A DNA stretch of 64,000 nucleotides, taken from contig JARFYF010000029.1 of the NCBI GenBank assembly GCA_030265395.1, forward strand, positions 14,795,356-14,859,355, given 5' to 3'. A model generated the notes under the pieces. The model made no database searches and was not told the DNA's origin. It worked only from the letters and a program-made list of their open reading frames with translations. Below, one piece after another: positions 24,501 through 35,803 of this stretch (positions are counted from its first letter, which is position 1; the number at the start of each line of letters is the position of its first letter). The position numbers were made by a program, and so were the translations under genes. The DNA is from Rhina ancylostomus. Lineage: Eukaryota.

Positions 24501-27500
24501 GCCCCTTCTTCCCAAAGTTTGCCAAACCATTAAGTTATCCTCCTTTAGTAGCGTTACTCCTAAACAATAAAATACTAAGTTCACTGGGAGGAGTTAGCAA
24601 GAGCTAAAAATAAGGATATAGCTTTACAGGACTTCAAAGCATTGGTTAGGAATAACTTGAGCTGGTTATATTGCCATTAACCAATACTTAAAATACTCTT
24701 CAATTTTGCGTTTACAGTGCATATTTAATTGAATATATTCATGTTGAAGGTTTAGTCAACCTCAAACGTTAATGGAATACCAATAGAATTGAAATCAAAA
24801 TAATTTAAAACACCATGCATTGTAGATGGACTCCAAATGTTTAGGCAAAAACAAAAGCTGTGCCAAGGTTGGCACCTATACATTAATGTGAGCCCTCTGT
24901 CCCTAGAAGCATTGTTAACATTTTGTTCATATCGGCCTTCATATCAAGCATAAGTGATGGGGATGCAATGATAAATTTTCTGATACACACTGCCTATAGC
25001 ATCAAGGAGTAGGTAGCATTTAAACTCTTGGAGACACATGGATAGTTTTGATCTTGACCTGCGACACTGCACAAATCATGAATGCAAATAGATACAAGTA
25101 ATTGAACAATTTTTTAAAAAATCACATAAAATGAACCAGCATCTGTCCTCCATCTGAAGAAATAAACACACACTCACGGATGAAAGTGTTTCAGCTTCAA
25201 CTTATCCTTTCTTAATTTGCAAAACAGGTTCCTTTCTGAAAGAAACCATAAATCTTCTTCCCACTTATGATGTAGACTTATCTATCTTTTACTCTGAACC
25301 ACCTCAGCATTTGACAAAATAGTAAATGTTAATCTTGTACAACTGAGACAGCCGTCAATATCCTGCAAGGGCTCACTTATAGCAACTTATTTGTTAAAGT
25401 AGAACTGTCAGTGTACAGTTGAAAACATAACACCTTTTTTTTAAGAAAAAGTTTGGTTTTGAGAGTGTTGAGGTAAATACAAAAGAGTACAATAAAATGG
25501 CAGAACATGCCCAAATACAAATCACACACTTTGTGTTAAATGTTGTTTGGTAGTGCCTTTCAGAAAACTCACACTAAATTCAAAATGTCAGTCTTCTTTG
25601 GGGAATAAAGATTTTTGGTGAGAATTAATCTTTAATGATCANNNNNNNNNNNNNNNNNNNNNNNNNNNNNNNNNNNNNNNNNNNNNNNNNNNNNNNNNNN
25701 NNNNNNNNNNNNNNNNNNNNNNNNNNNNNNNNNNNNNNNNNNNNNNNNNNNNNNNNNNNNNNNNNNNNNNNNNNNNNNNNNNNNNNNNNNNNNNNNNNNN
25801 NNNNNNNNNNNNNNNNNNNNNNNNNNNNNNNNNNNNNNNNNNNNNNNNNNNNNNNNNNNNNNNNNNNNNNNNNNNNNNNNNNNNNNNNNNNNNNNNNNNN
25901 NNNNNNNNNNNNNNNNNNNNNNNNNNNNNNNNNNNNNNNNNNNNNNNNNNNNNNNNNNNNNNNNNNNNNNNNNNNNNNNNNNNNNNNNNNNNNNNNNNNN
26001 NNNNNNNNNNNNNNNNNNNNNNNNNTAAAGCAAACCAAGGACATGGAATATGATTGGAAGACAGTTCTTACCACAATCAAATGTTTTACTTCTAGAAGAT
26101 AGGCAATATTGGGGGAAAAAGTGGCTGGTTTTGTCAGTGTAATAACCCCAATAAAAGACTGTGCCACAAAACAAATCAGTGACTGGTTCAGCAAAGCATG
26201 CAGGGACATCTGTACACAGTAACAAACAGTAAATATGCTTTATCACTGTTCCAAGGTGAAGCACAAATTCTACTACAATTTCTGAGCACCAGAACAATCA
26301 ATAAACAAACTTTTAGTTGCATTCAATGGGTTCAGACTCCTGATCAGAGCTAAATATATTTACCCTACCATTTTTGTTTAAAATAAAAAAGTCTATATAT
26401 ATCCACTGAGCTCTCTCCAACAAATGTTACAATGAGCCAATGAATGTGGAATTCAGCCATTATATAATGGTGGCTCCACTTCGCTCCTCTCCCCTTCTCC
26501 AAAGAAAAGCAAATATTTGGATCTCTTGTTCGTTCCACATTATATTAATCTTGTTGCCACTTTTTAAAAAAATAAAAGTGCAAGGTGCTCCAATCACTGT
26601 TACTGTAATGCCTATTAGCATAAAAGAATAAAGCCTTTAAGCTAACTAAATGAAAATGTACAATAAATACTCTTTTTAAAAGAGAAATGCAACAAAATAT
26701 CAAAAATTCAGATAGTTGTTTTGGGATAAAGCAACAAATGATCTTATTTATATGTACACTGAATATTCCTTTACAAAATCCTGACTTTTCACACACTTGT
26801 GGAAGTTGGAATAGTTCCACTGTATCTTCTCCTGTTCTCTTCGCCTTCATGCCAAGTTTTCTATCAGAAAGTCAGAATGGAACAGGTCCGATTTTAGCCG
26901 TGCTGTTCATTCTGTTTCCACTTTAAGCTGGACAGAATGTACACCTGTTCAATTTCAGGGGTGCACTCAAAAAGGTACAAAAATGAAAGCCATACGTTAA
27001 AGTCCACTTGCTAATAAAACTTAGTTAAGCTATAAAAGTTGATAAAAGTTAATTTTTTCCTCTAATGACTTCAGTGTTTTATGAAATAGAAACAATGGTC
27101 ATTAACGTTATTGCACTTTTAATTTTCCTTTTCAAAAAAGCCACCATGAAGTCAGAACCATACCCCTATTCTGATCCTGGTCTACAATGAAAGCAGCAGA
27201 ATGCAGGAACTGCAGAAAAGGCGCTATGCAAATATTTTTAACTTATCAGCAAATATAACTGACTCAGGAAAGGAAAGGGGACTAAACTGGCTCCTGAAAA
27301 GAACAGGGAGCGGTCAGAACAAAATCTGCCATCAGTCATGCTTCCTGAATGGTAGAAGTACTGAAGCTCTAAAGTAAAAATGAAACTTGATACAGAAGAT
27401 CTGGTGAACAAGTCATTAAATAGCTGCAGCTTCCTTCTTCCAGTTTTGCTTCATCAAGATAAGGACAACTTGAAAGGAGTTGTTGAAATCTTTAATCCCC

Positions 27501-28627
27501 AGCTAAGTATGTGAAAATAAGCATCAACTGAAGGAAAGTAAGATTCCTCTTTCCCTCATGAAAATTCATTTATGTCTTGGGCCATTTTGTGTTAAGGGTC
27601 TCAACATCCATTAATTAACCACTCTCCAAACGCACCCCAAGGATTGCTACTGGGACAACCAATGGATGCACTGCTGAGCTCCCACACTGAAAGACACCTC
27701 ATTGTACGCGAGACTGAATTAAGGTCACATCATCTTTGAGAATATGTCAGCAAAATCCTATCTTAAACAGTTATAAATTAGTAAATGAAACAAACTTTTA
27801 CCCAATGTACAAATATTCCTAGAAAAGGGATTTTGCAATAACGTTAAATTTATACACAGTTTCCGCAAAACTAGTTCACACCCAAATGCAAGGGTCCAAT
27901 TAACAACCAACATTCCGACTCCCTGGGGTTTATGAGAACACTCTACATTTCCTAAGCATATGTTTCCCTTTGAATATAATTGCCTTTGACACACGATCAA
28001 CAAAAGCAGTCTTTTCTTTAAAGAGAAGGGCAGCCACTTCCCCCTCTCCCTAACAAATCCTGTTGATCATAGACTCTGCAAACATTGATAACACTGCTTG
28101 GTCACAGTGGGTCCATGTCTTTTGTCACCTCTACCCCAGTTCTAAAAAAAATTCAAGTGTTACCCTACAACATCACTGATAGAAGCACAATATTCAAATG
28201 GTGATTTGACAAAGGATAGGGTATGGGAAGAAAATTGTCCTCTACCTGTTGAAAACAGTTCTTTTAAGATTTAATTTAATGTGTTTTGTTTAATATAAAT
28301 TTCAGCAGATAATTCCCTCTGTCTTTGTTTTCCTTTCCTGGTGTTCTTGCTTACAAAGCAGTTGCCTTCAGAGACTATTCATGAAGCATTCTGCATTGGT
28401 TATTAATTAAGCAGCAGCTCCTAACTGGACTCTGATCAAAACACAAACGCAGTGTGATTACTAAATGAACACTGGTAACATCCTGTGGGCAGGTGAAGGA
28501 GGCACTTTGATTGGCTGGTATTCTAATAAACTTCCCTTCCATCCCAACACTAGGTGGTAGCGTCGTCAAGAATCCAGTTGCAATGAGGCACTTAGCTGCG
28601 AGTTTGTAAGGCAGTGCCTTCTCTCTG
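21510..28627 (-). other. KIAA0930: Probable long 3' UTR of KIAA0930 (~7.1 kb including gaps)
   Basis: Continuous from the stop codon to the tandem poly(A) signals, U-rich on the minus strand, with no CR1/SINE copy I could recognise. Confidence 0.5.
21521..21538 (-). terminator. Tandem AATAAA signals, likely KIAA0930 polyadenylation site
   Basis: TTTATT on + at 21521-26 and 21533-38. Downstream on the minus strand is a GU-rich element (gtttgttgtctgattt); upstream is U-rich and TGTA-rich sequence. Confidence 0.55.
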
Positions 28628-28668
28628 CTATGTCATCAGGATTGGTTTCTGGCGGATTTCTAAAATAT
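28628..28668 (-). CDS. KIAA0930: KIAA0930 exon 10 (last coding exon)
   Basis: Acceptor tctctctaacAG; (D)ILEIRQKPILMT then TAG; phase 1 matches exon 9. Confidence 0.95.
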
Positions 28669-29179
28669 CTGTTAGAGAGAAAGAGACCATCAGTGTCATT
28701 TAAAAACTCAAGATTAAATCTAAACACTAAGGTTTAACTGAGCTCTATGGTTGCTGGAAGAGTGGCCAGTCAGTGATTTCCCATCCCAATTTTCTCATTA
28801 TTTGGAACCAAGAAATCAGATAGAGAAAATCATGGGAATTGATGGATTATACATGGAATTACTCCAGAGCACTTAATGAGGACTTATAATTAACGGCTTT
28901 TGAAATATAATCCTGTTTTAATTCAGTTAGTTTGCTTAAGTCACTTTAGATAATAGATTTGGAGAAAAATTATGAAATTACTGGGATCTGAGAGTCTGAT
29001 GGCATAACAGGAGGTCACTGTTTCCCAGAAAACTGAAACAAAAAAAATGGGATTAGTGTAGATTGGCAAAAAAAGGTCGGTATGGATACGGAGGGCCAAA
29101 GGGCCCATTTCTTAACAATTCTCTGAAAGTGAAAATAAAGAGAAATGTGTTTGGAAGAATCCAGATAGAGGCTTTATTT

Positions 29180-29460
29180 CAGTGGGAGCCCTGTCACTTG
29201 TGAGACAGTGATGCTTTCAAGACCCATTTTCAAACAGTGAGCACCATGTTTAGTCTAACACTTCTGGACAGTGCAACGGGATTGCTGCAGCATCAAGAGG
29301 GGTCACCTTATGGTGGTCAGGTTAAGCAGAATCTCCAGCTGCCCCTTCTGATAACGTAGAAGTAGGCAGGTTTTTCCATGTGTTCCGATTAGTATTTAAC
29401 CCTAACCAATGTGACTAAAATAAAATTCTCATTATATTTGGATACTCTGAGATAACAAGA
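29180..29460 (+). mobile_element. Decayed Deu-domain SINE (SacSINE1-like)
   Basis: cagtgcaacgggattgctgcagcatcaagaggggtcacctt...gttaagcagaatctccagctgcccc...tatttaaccctaaccaatgtgactaaaa resembles the better-preserved copy at 63180-63575. Confidence 0.45.
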
Positions 29461-30432
29461 TATTATACAAAGACTATTTTTTCTTTCATTATTAATTTAT
29501 ATAATTTGTTTTGCATTGATATGATGTGGTACGGGGAGGGCATCCTGTTGCAATCCATTCCCAAGCACCACTTCAACAATGGACAAGCTCTGCCTACCAT
29601 TCCATTCCACACTGTACAGTAGGCTGGTACAATGGCTGGAAGTCGCGGACTGGCAAAACACATTTAGAAACTCAAAACAGCAGCAAACATGTGAAAATGC
29701 TGGAAATGAAACTGCCCCGAATACCCAACGATTAGTCAGCAACTGCAAAGAGAACAGAAGGGTTGATATTTTTATGAGGTCCTTCTCAAAACATTGATCC
29801 ATCTTCTCACAGATGCTGTCTGGTATATTTCCTGTTTCAGAATTAGGACTAAAGTCAAAACTCAGGGCAAAACTGAATATTTAAAAGAAAACAACCTCGA
29901 CCTACCAAGATTTATTAATTAATAANNNNNNNNNNNNNNNNNNNNNNNNNNNNNNNNNNNNNNNNNNNNNNNNNNNNNNNNNNNNNNNNNNNNNNNNNNN
30001 NNNNNNNNNNNNNNNNNNNNNNNNNNNNNNNNNNNNNNNNNNNNNNNNNNNNNNNNNNNNNNNNNNNNNNNNNNNNNNNNNNNNNNNNNNNNNNNNNNNN
30101 NNNNNNNNNNNNNNNNNNNNNNNNNNNNNNNNNNAATTCATCAGCAATTTATTAATTAATAATGAATTATTTATGGATTGCACTCTCTTTTCTGAAGCAC
30201 CAAAAAGTTCTTGAAAGATCCTAGCTCAAATCCATGAATCCATGTTTGCCACATTACATTCCCATTCTTGGGGACCTGGTCTAAACGGAAATAGGAAACT
30301 ACAACTTTTATATGGGCAGAAGGGCAGCCATGCATTAATTTTAGTCGCATTACAAATATTTTCCTTAATTTAAAAAGGACAAAGACAGCTTTACCCTCCA
30401 TTTCCCCCCTCCCCCTTAGTGCCTCTTAATCA

Positions 30433-30822
<390 letters not shown>

Positions 30823-31045
30823 TCAGAGCAATGGTTTTCAGTACCCGTGTGTAGTGAATCACCCTGCTGGGCTAGGATGAGAAAGCTGCTAATGAGGTTG
30901 TTCCTACATCTTCAACTAGCAGTTTTAAGGAAAGGATTTTATAAATCACTAACAGATGCTTTGCAATGGATTTAAGGTGTTCATCCCACTGTGTGCCTTG
31001 GCAACCAACTTTAACAATGTTGGAGACGCTGCAGTGTTACAAGTT

Positions 31046-31080
31046 ATATATAGATAGAGAGAGAGAGAGATAGAGGGAGG
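31046..31080 (+). repeat. Short (TA)/(GA)n microsatellite
   Basis: atatatagatagagagagagagagatagaggg. Confidence 0.7.
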
Positions 31081-31639
31081 TAATATTTCAAAAGCTACAA
31101 GCCCAGGAAAGTGATAGCAATGGTCTGTGGAAGTGGGGGGGGGGGGGTGAAGGGTGCANNNNNNNNNNNNNNNNNNNNNNNNNNNNNNNNNNNNNNNNNN
31201 NNNNNNNNNNNNNNNNNNNNNNNNNNNNNNNNNNNNNNNNNNNNNNNNNNNNNNNNNNNNNNNNNNNNNNNNNNNNNNNNNNNNNNNNNNNNNNNNNNNN
31301 NNNNNNNNNNNNNNNNNNNNNNNNNNNNNNNNNNNNNNNNNNNTGAAGGGTGCATATGGAGCTTGTGACAGGAACAGAAAGTTGGGGGAGGGTGTTGAGA
31401 AAGGGATTCTAATACTAGAACAAGAACTTTACAATTAGAGACACTGAGACTAGAAGTTAATGTAGGACAGTGTAGAAATGTTTAAGCAAGCATAATAATA
31501 CAGCATGTTACAAACTCAAAATATGCTGAAGGCACTAATAAAAGTAATGCTGTAAATACTGAGCAGGCCTAACTGCATTGTGAAGAGAGGTTTACCACTA
31601 CCATTTATCCTCCTCTAGACCCAACCTTTCTCTAACCAG

Positions 31640-31990
31640 CTATGGTAACACACTGGTTAAGGTACTGAACTGCTATCCAGAAGCCAAAGAAAACAGCTTG
31701 AACTCCAGCAGAGCAGATAGTGAGTTTAAAGCCAAGTAATTAAAACTGGAACATAAAACTAGTGTCAGTAAAGCTTTAATTCACCAATGGCATTGGTGAA
31801 GGGAAATTTTCTGTCCTTACTTGGTCTGGCTTATAGGCCATTCCAAACCCATGGTGATGTGGTCACCTCTTAAATACCCCCCCCCCACCAAAATGTCACA
31901 GCAAGCCATTCTATTCAGGGGGCGATTAAGGATGGATAAAAAGTATTAGCCTTGTTGGCAGTGTCCACATCTCCTGACCAAACAAGTAAG
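31640..31990 (+). mobile_element. tRNA-derived SINE with LINE-derived tail
   Basis: gaagggaaattttctgtccttacttggtctggc...gatgtggtcacctcttaa...ggcgattaaggatggataaaaagtattagccttgttggcagtgtccacatc. Inverted relatives lie at 33600-33880 and 54480-54800. Confidence 0.65.
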
Positions 31991-32429
31991 AGTTGCTCAC
32001 CATCCTCTTTCGTGTCTTTTGTCATTTAACTCTCCTTCCTTGTCACCCTATCACAAACCTTGCCTTTTGTTCTTTCCATTCCTCTGCTCTTCATCTGCAT
32101 TTTAGAACTTGTTTTTCTCTTTGACAGCCAAGCCGAAACATTTACTGGCCTGCCTGCTACTTCCAGCATTGTCTGTTCTTTTTCAATGCAGGATAGGATA
32201 AAGGCTTCACAGCCTTGTACAAAACCATGTTTTTTTTANNNNNNNNNNNNNNNNNNNNNNNNNNNNNNNNNNNNNNNNNNNNNNNNNNNNNNNNNNNNNN
32301 NNNNNNNNNNNNNNNNNNNNNNNNNNNNNNNNNNNNNNCTTGTACAAAACCATGTTTTTTTTAAAAAAAATGGAGGTTGGGAGGAGGAATTAGTGAAGGG
32401 ATTTCAGCCAAGTATGCACCTGATTAATT

Positions 32430-32790
32430 AAAATGGTGACAGAAACATGAACAAACAGAAACACCATCTTGGTGGCAGATGGCCTGAGGCAGCAGAGCAG
32501 AGAGACATTCCACAAGTAAAAGTAAGTCTCTGTGATGGAGAGGGTATTAATTCAGAAGCTCACAACTGGTTAGACAGAGCTCCAAGGACTGTAAAGTCTG
32601 GTTCAGCTCAAGACAGTGGCAACAAAGGGAAATGGCGTTGAGAATAATGATATGACGTTTGTGGCGAGGGTTGAAAGCGGTAACTTTTATTTCCTAATGC
32701 TTAGCTCGAATGGATCCTGTAAGTGTCAGAAAAACAGATGAAACCAACAGAGCCTATGGAGAGGTCAAAAGAAATGCAAGGGAGGTAGAA
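32430..32790 (-). mobile_element. L2-clade LINE RT fragment (decayed)
   Basis: ctccaaggactgtaaagtctggttcagctcaagacagtggc resembles 50870-50910 of the L2-like copy. Confidence 0.45.
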
Positions 32791-32799
32791 CTAGGTGTC

Positions 32800-33310
32800 A
32801 GACAGAGACTGCAGATGTTGGCATCTGGAACATAATCTGCTGGAGGAACTCAGTGGGTCAAGCAGCATCGGTGGGGGTGAGGGAAGACTCGGTGAAAGAC
32901 GCCCTTTGGTCTGCCAGAAACTTGTTGGTCGCCCAGCACTGCGAGATGTCCATAAGGGAATGCTGCCGACTGGCACATTCCTGACTGCAGGAGTACGTGC
33001 TGAGGGACGCACTGAAGCTGGGTGCAGCCAACACAAGGGCTCGGTGGGGGAGGACAACAGTTTAGGGTTCTTCTGCCACTGTAGAAGGAGGGGCAGAGTC
33101 AGGTGAGGAAGCCCTTTAAATGGGATTGGGGTAGCACCCCAGGGAGCCACACGAGTGGCATCAGTGCTGTGGCTTTTTTTAAATATAAAAAAGGAACGAA
33201 TTGTCAACATTTTGGGTCCTGCTTCAGGGTTTTGATCCAGAATATCAACAATTCCTCACCCCTCCACAGATGCTGCTCAACCCACTGCATTCCTCCAGCA
33301 GATTGTTTGT
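32800..33310. repeat. Penelope-derived fold-back (inverted repeat) element, interrupted by a Tx1 insertion
   Basis: Left arm aatctgctggaggaactcagtgggtcaagcagcatcggtggg and right arm ctccacagatgctgctcaacccactgcattcctccagcagatt are reverse complements with few mismatches. An inner arm pair lies at 33199-33255. Confidence 0.8.
32886..33195 (+). mobile_element. 5'-truncated Tx1-like LINE (ORF2 C-terminus plus 3' UTR)
   Basis: SVKDALWSARNLLVAQHCEMSIRECCRLAHS*LQEYVLRDALKLGAANTRARWGRTTV* with one internal stop, then an A-rich end (aaatataaaaaa). CpG-rich relative to the flanks, so probably young. Confidence 0.75.
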
Positions 33311-33444
33311 TAGACTAGGTGTTGCCAACTGCCCTTTAAGATAATTTGGCAAGCTAGATACTTCAGGAAGACAGTGGGAATGGGATATGGATGATGACCT
33401 TGTTAGTGATCTCCACATCTATGATCAAGTAAGGAAATAAAAGA

Positions 33445-33880
33445 AACCTAGAAATGTAGGAGGTGGCCTCTCAGTTCGAACCTGCTCCACCATTCAATGT
33501 GATCATGGCTATCATCCAAATTCAGTACCCTGTTCTTGCTTTCTTCCCTTGATCCCTATAGCCTTTGGAACTATATCCAAATCCTCCTTGAATATGAGGG
33601 AGTTAGATGCGGTCTGTTCATGTTGGGGCAGGTCATCCACGTGCGTGATGTCCCTTGTGGAGTAACATTTGTGGGTTGGAGTCACAGCTGAACCAGACTG
33701 GACCAGAGTGGCAAGTTTCCCTCCCTAAAGGGCAGGTGATCCAGAGGGGGGCTGTGCGACAATCTGGTAGCTTTATAGCAACAGTAATGGTGACGATCTT
33801 TTATCCCAGATTTACTTCATTTAATTAAATCTAAATTTTCTAGCACCCTGATCCATAGTCCAGGCCGACAACATCCTGTA
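33445..33880 (-). mobile_element. CR1 3' tail (33445-33595) abutting an inverted tRNA-SINE (33600-33880)
   Basis: cctgctccaccattcaatgtgatcatggct (CR1 tail, reverse) and ggagtcacagctgaaccagactggaccagagtggcaagtttccctccctaaagg (reverse of the 31640 family). Confidence 0.65.
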
Positions 33881-34065
33881 TTCCATTCACAGATGTGCTT
33901 TGTGACTTATTTCTATGGCATAAGTGGGACAAAGCAGTGTGCCTAAACCTTACCTCGGTCTGGGAGGCAGGTATGGAGGAACAAAATATCAAAAACCCGT
34001 TTGCAGTAATACAACGTGACCACTTGGATTATTTTTTAAGAAACAAACATTTCTCACCACACCCG

Positions 34066-34870
34066 AGGGTAGCATGGTGATGCAGCTGCTGTTTCACAGC
34101 TCCAGGGAGCCCGGTTAAATCCTAACCTTCCCGATCTCCCTGTTGTGACTTTGAATGAGCCACGTGGAGATTGGAGCCGTAGATGTGAAAGGTCCTTATT
34201 CAACACAAGAAGGGGGCATTCTGGAAGAAACCCTCTGAACTCAGAAGTTCACTCAGGTTTTATACTCTTTAAGCACAAAGATAACAGGAAGTTATCAAAT
34301 ACAGTGTCAATAGTCACTGTTACTGTTTACTTCAACATTCTACGTGCAGACATATGGCTCCATAAAATACTTAATGAGAGTACATCTCAACTGACAGGAT
34401 AACTTCTGCATATTCAAGCACCTTTGCTAGGAATCCAGACACCCAAAACAGCCTTCTTTTACCACTGCATCGAGACAGCTCTCTGCAGACAATGGTGTGT
34501 ATTCATGCAGCTATCCTCACCTTAGATTGAAGACTGGTTCTCATTTGTACTAACTGGCTGATAAACCCATCCCATAACTCCTGAAGGATGCCCCATACTC
34601 AACAATCCCTAACACTCCCTGTGACCATATGAGTATCCCCCCGGGGCTCCAGTTTCCTCCCAGATTCCAAAGATGTGCTGGTACGTTAATTGGCTCCTGC
34701 AAATTATCCCTCAGTGCAGATAAGGAATCAAAAGAATTAAAGAGGATTGGGAATGCAAGATGGCACGTTACAGGCTATTGGAAAATAACGAGACGGGGAA
34801 ATGGCACCCCTGGTATTGCTCTGTTGAGAGCTGGCATGGACTAGATGGGCAGAATAGCCTCCTGTGTTGC
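34066..34870 (+). mobile_element. HE1-like V-SINE in two pieces (head 34066-34150; body and tail 34613-34870)
   Basis: Head ggtagcatggtgatgcagctgctgtttcacagctccagggagcccgg; body ctccagtttcctcccagattccaaagatgtgctggtacgttaattggc; tail ggcatggactagatgggcagaatagcctcctgtg. Confidence 0.65.
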
Positions 34871-35497
34871 AGGAAGCAAAGCCACGTTGTGGGTGCACAG
34901 GCAATGTCTTTCTCCCTCAAACACACATCCCCACAGTCAGTTAATGCAGTAACTCTCCAACTCCAGCCCAAAATATTTAAATCTGCAGGCAGAGGGCAGT
35001 TGTACTCATTAGCAACCAACAGAATTCCTAGATGCTTCATATCACAACTGACAAACTTAATGAATTTAGCCCTAATTCCTGTCATTTCATCCTTTGAATG
35101 AGAACAATTAAAGTTGAATCAAGAAATCAACATTCTCTGTTTCTTCCTCCGAGTAGCAATTAGATTAAAATTATGAACCTTGCTCTACTTGGAGTGGTTC
35201 TGGTTTATTTTGTCATCTAAATGTTGCTGCAAGACAAAACAGAACTTTGTCAAAGGAAGTGTATGTGTGTTGCAACTTTTCTGCTGTATTATTTTGCTGT
35301 TGGTTGAAATCTTGTCCCAAGACCCCGCCAGAGCAAGGGACAGGCTGGATTTTATTAGCCTGCCTAACCATTGGGAACATGTGGATAATCAGCAGAATAA
35401 CCTCCTCCACCTACTGACGCAGGACAACGCACATCAGGACACAACTAAAGATCAATTCAATACTGGAGGAATTGTCTATAGCAAGTACGAGAAGCTA

Positions 35498-35803
<306 letters not shown>

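Noticed and set aside
25625-26297. Long ORFs containing X runs (also near 15218, 21776, 37016, 43877)
   Set aside because: Artefacts of translating through N-gaps.
29905-30175. Repeated atttattaattaataa around a gap
   Set aside because: AT-rich low-complexity sequence or a collapsed repeat at a gap edge; it cannot be interpreted.
32214-32365. ~25-bp direct repeat flanking a 100-N gap
   Set aside because: The flanks duplicate each other and end in a poly-T run, which fits an unmerged contig overlap. Fixed 10-N and 100-N gaps recur across the window, indicating scaffolder placeholders.
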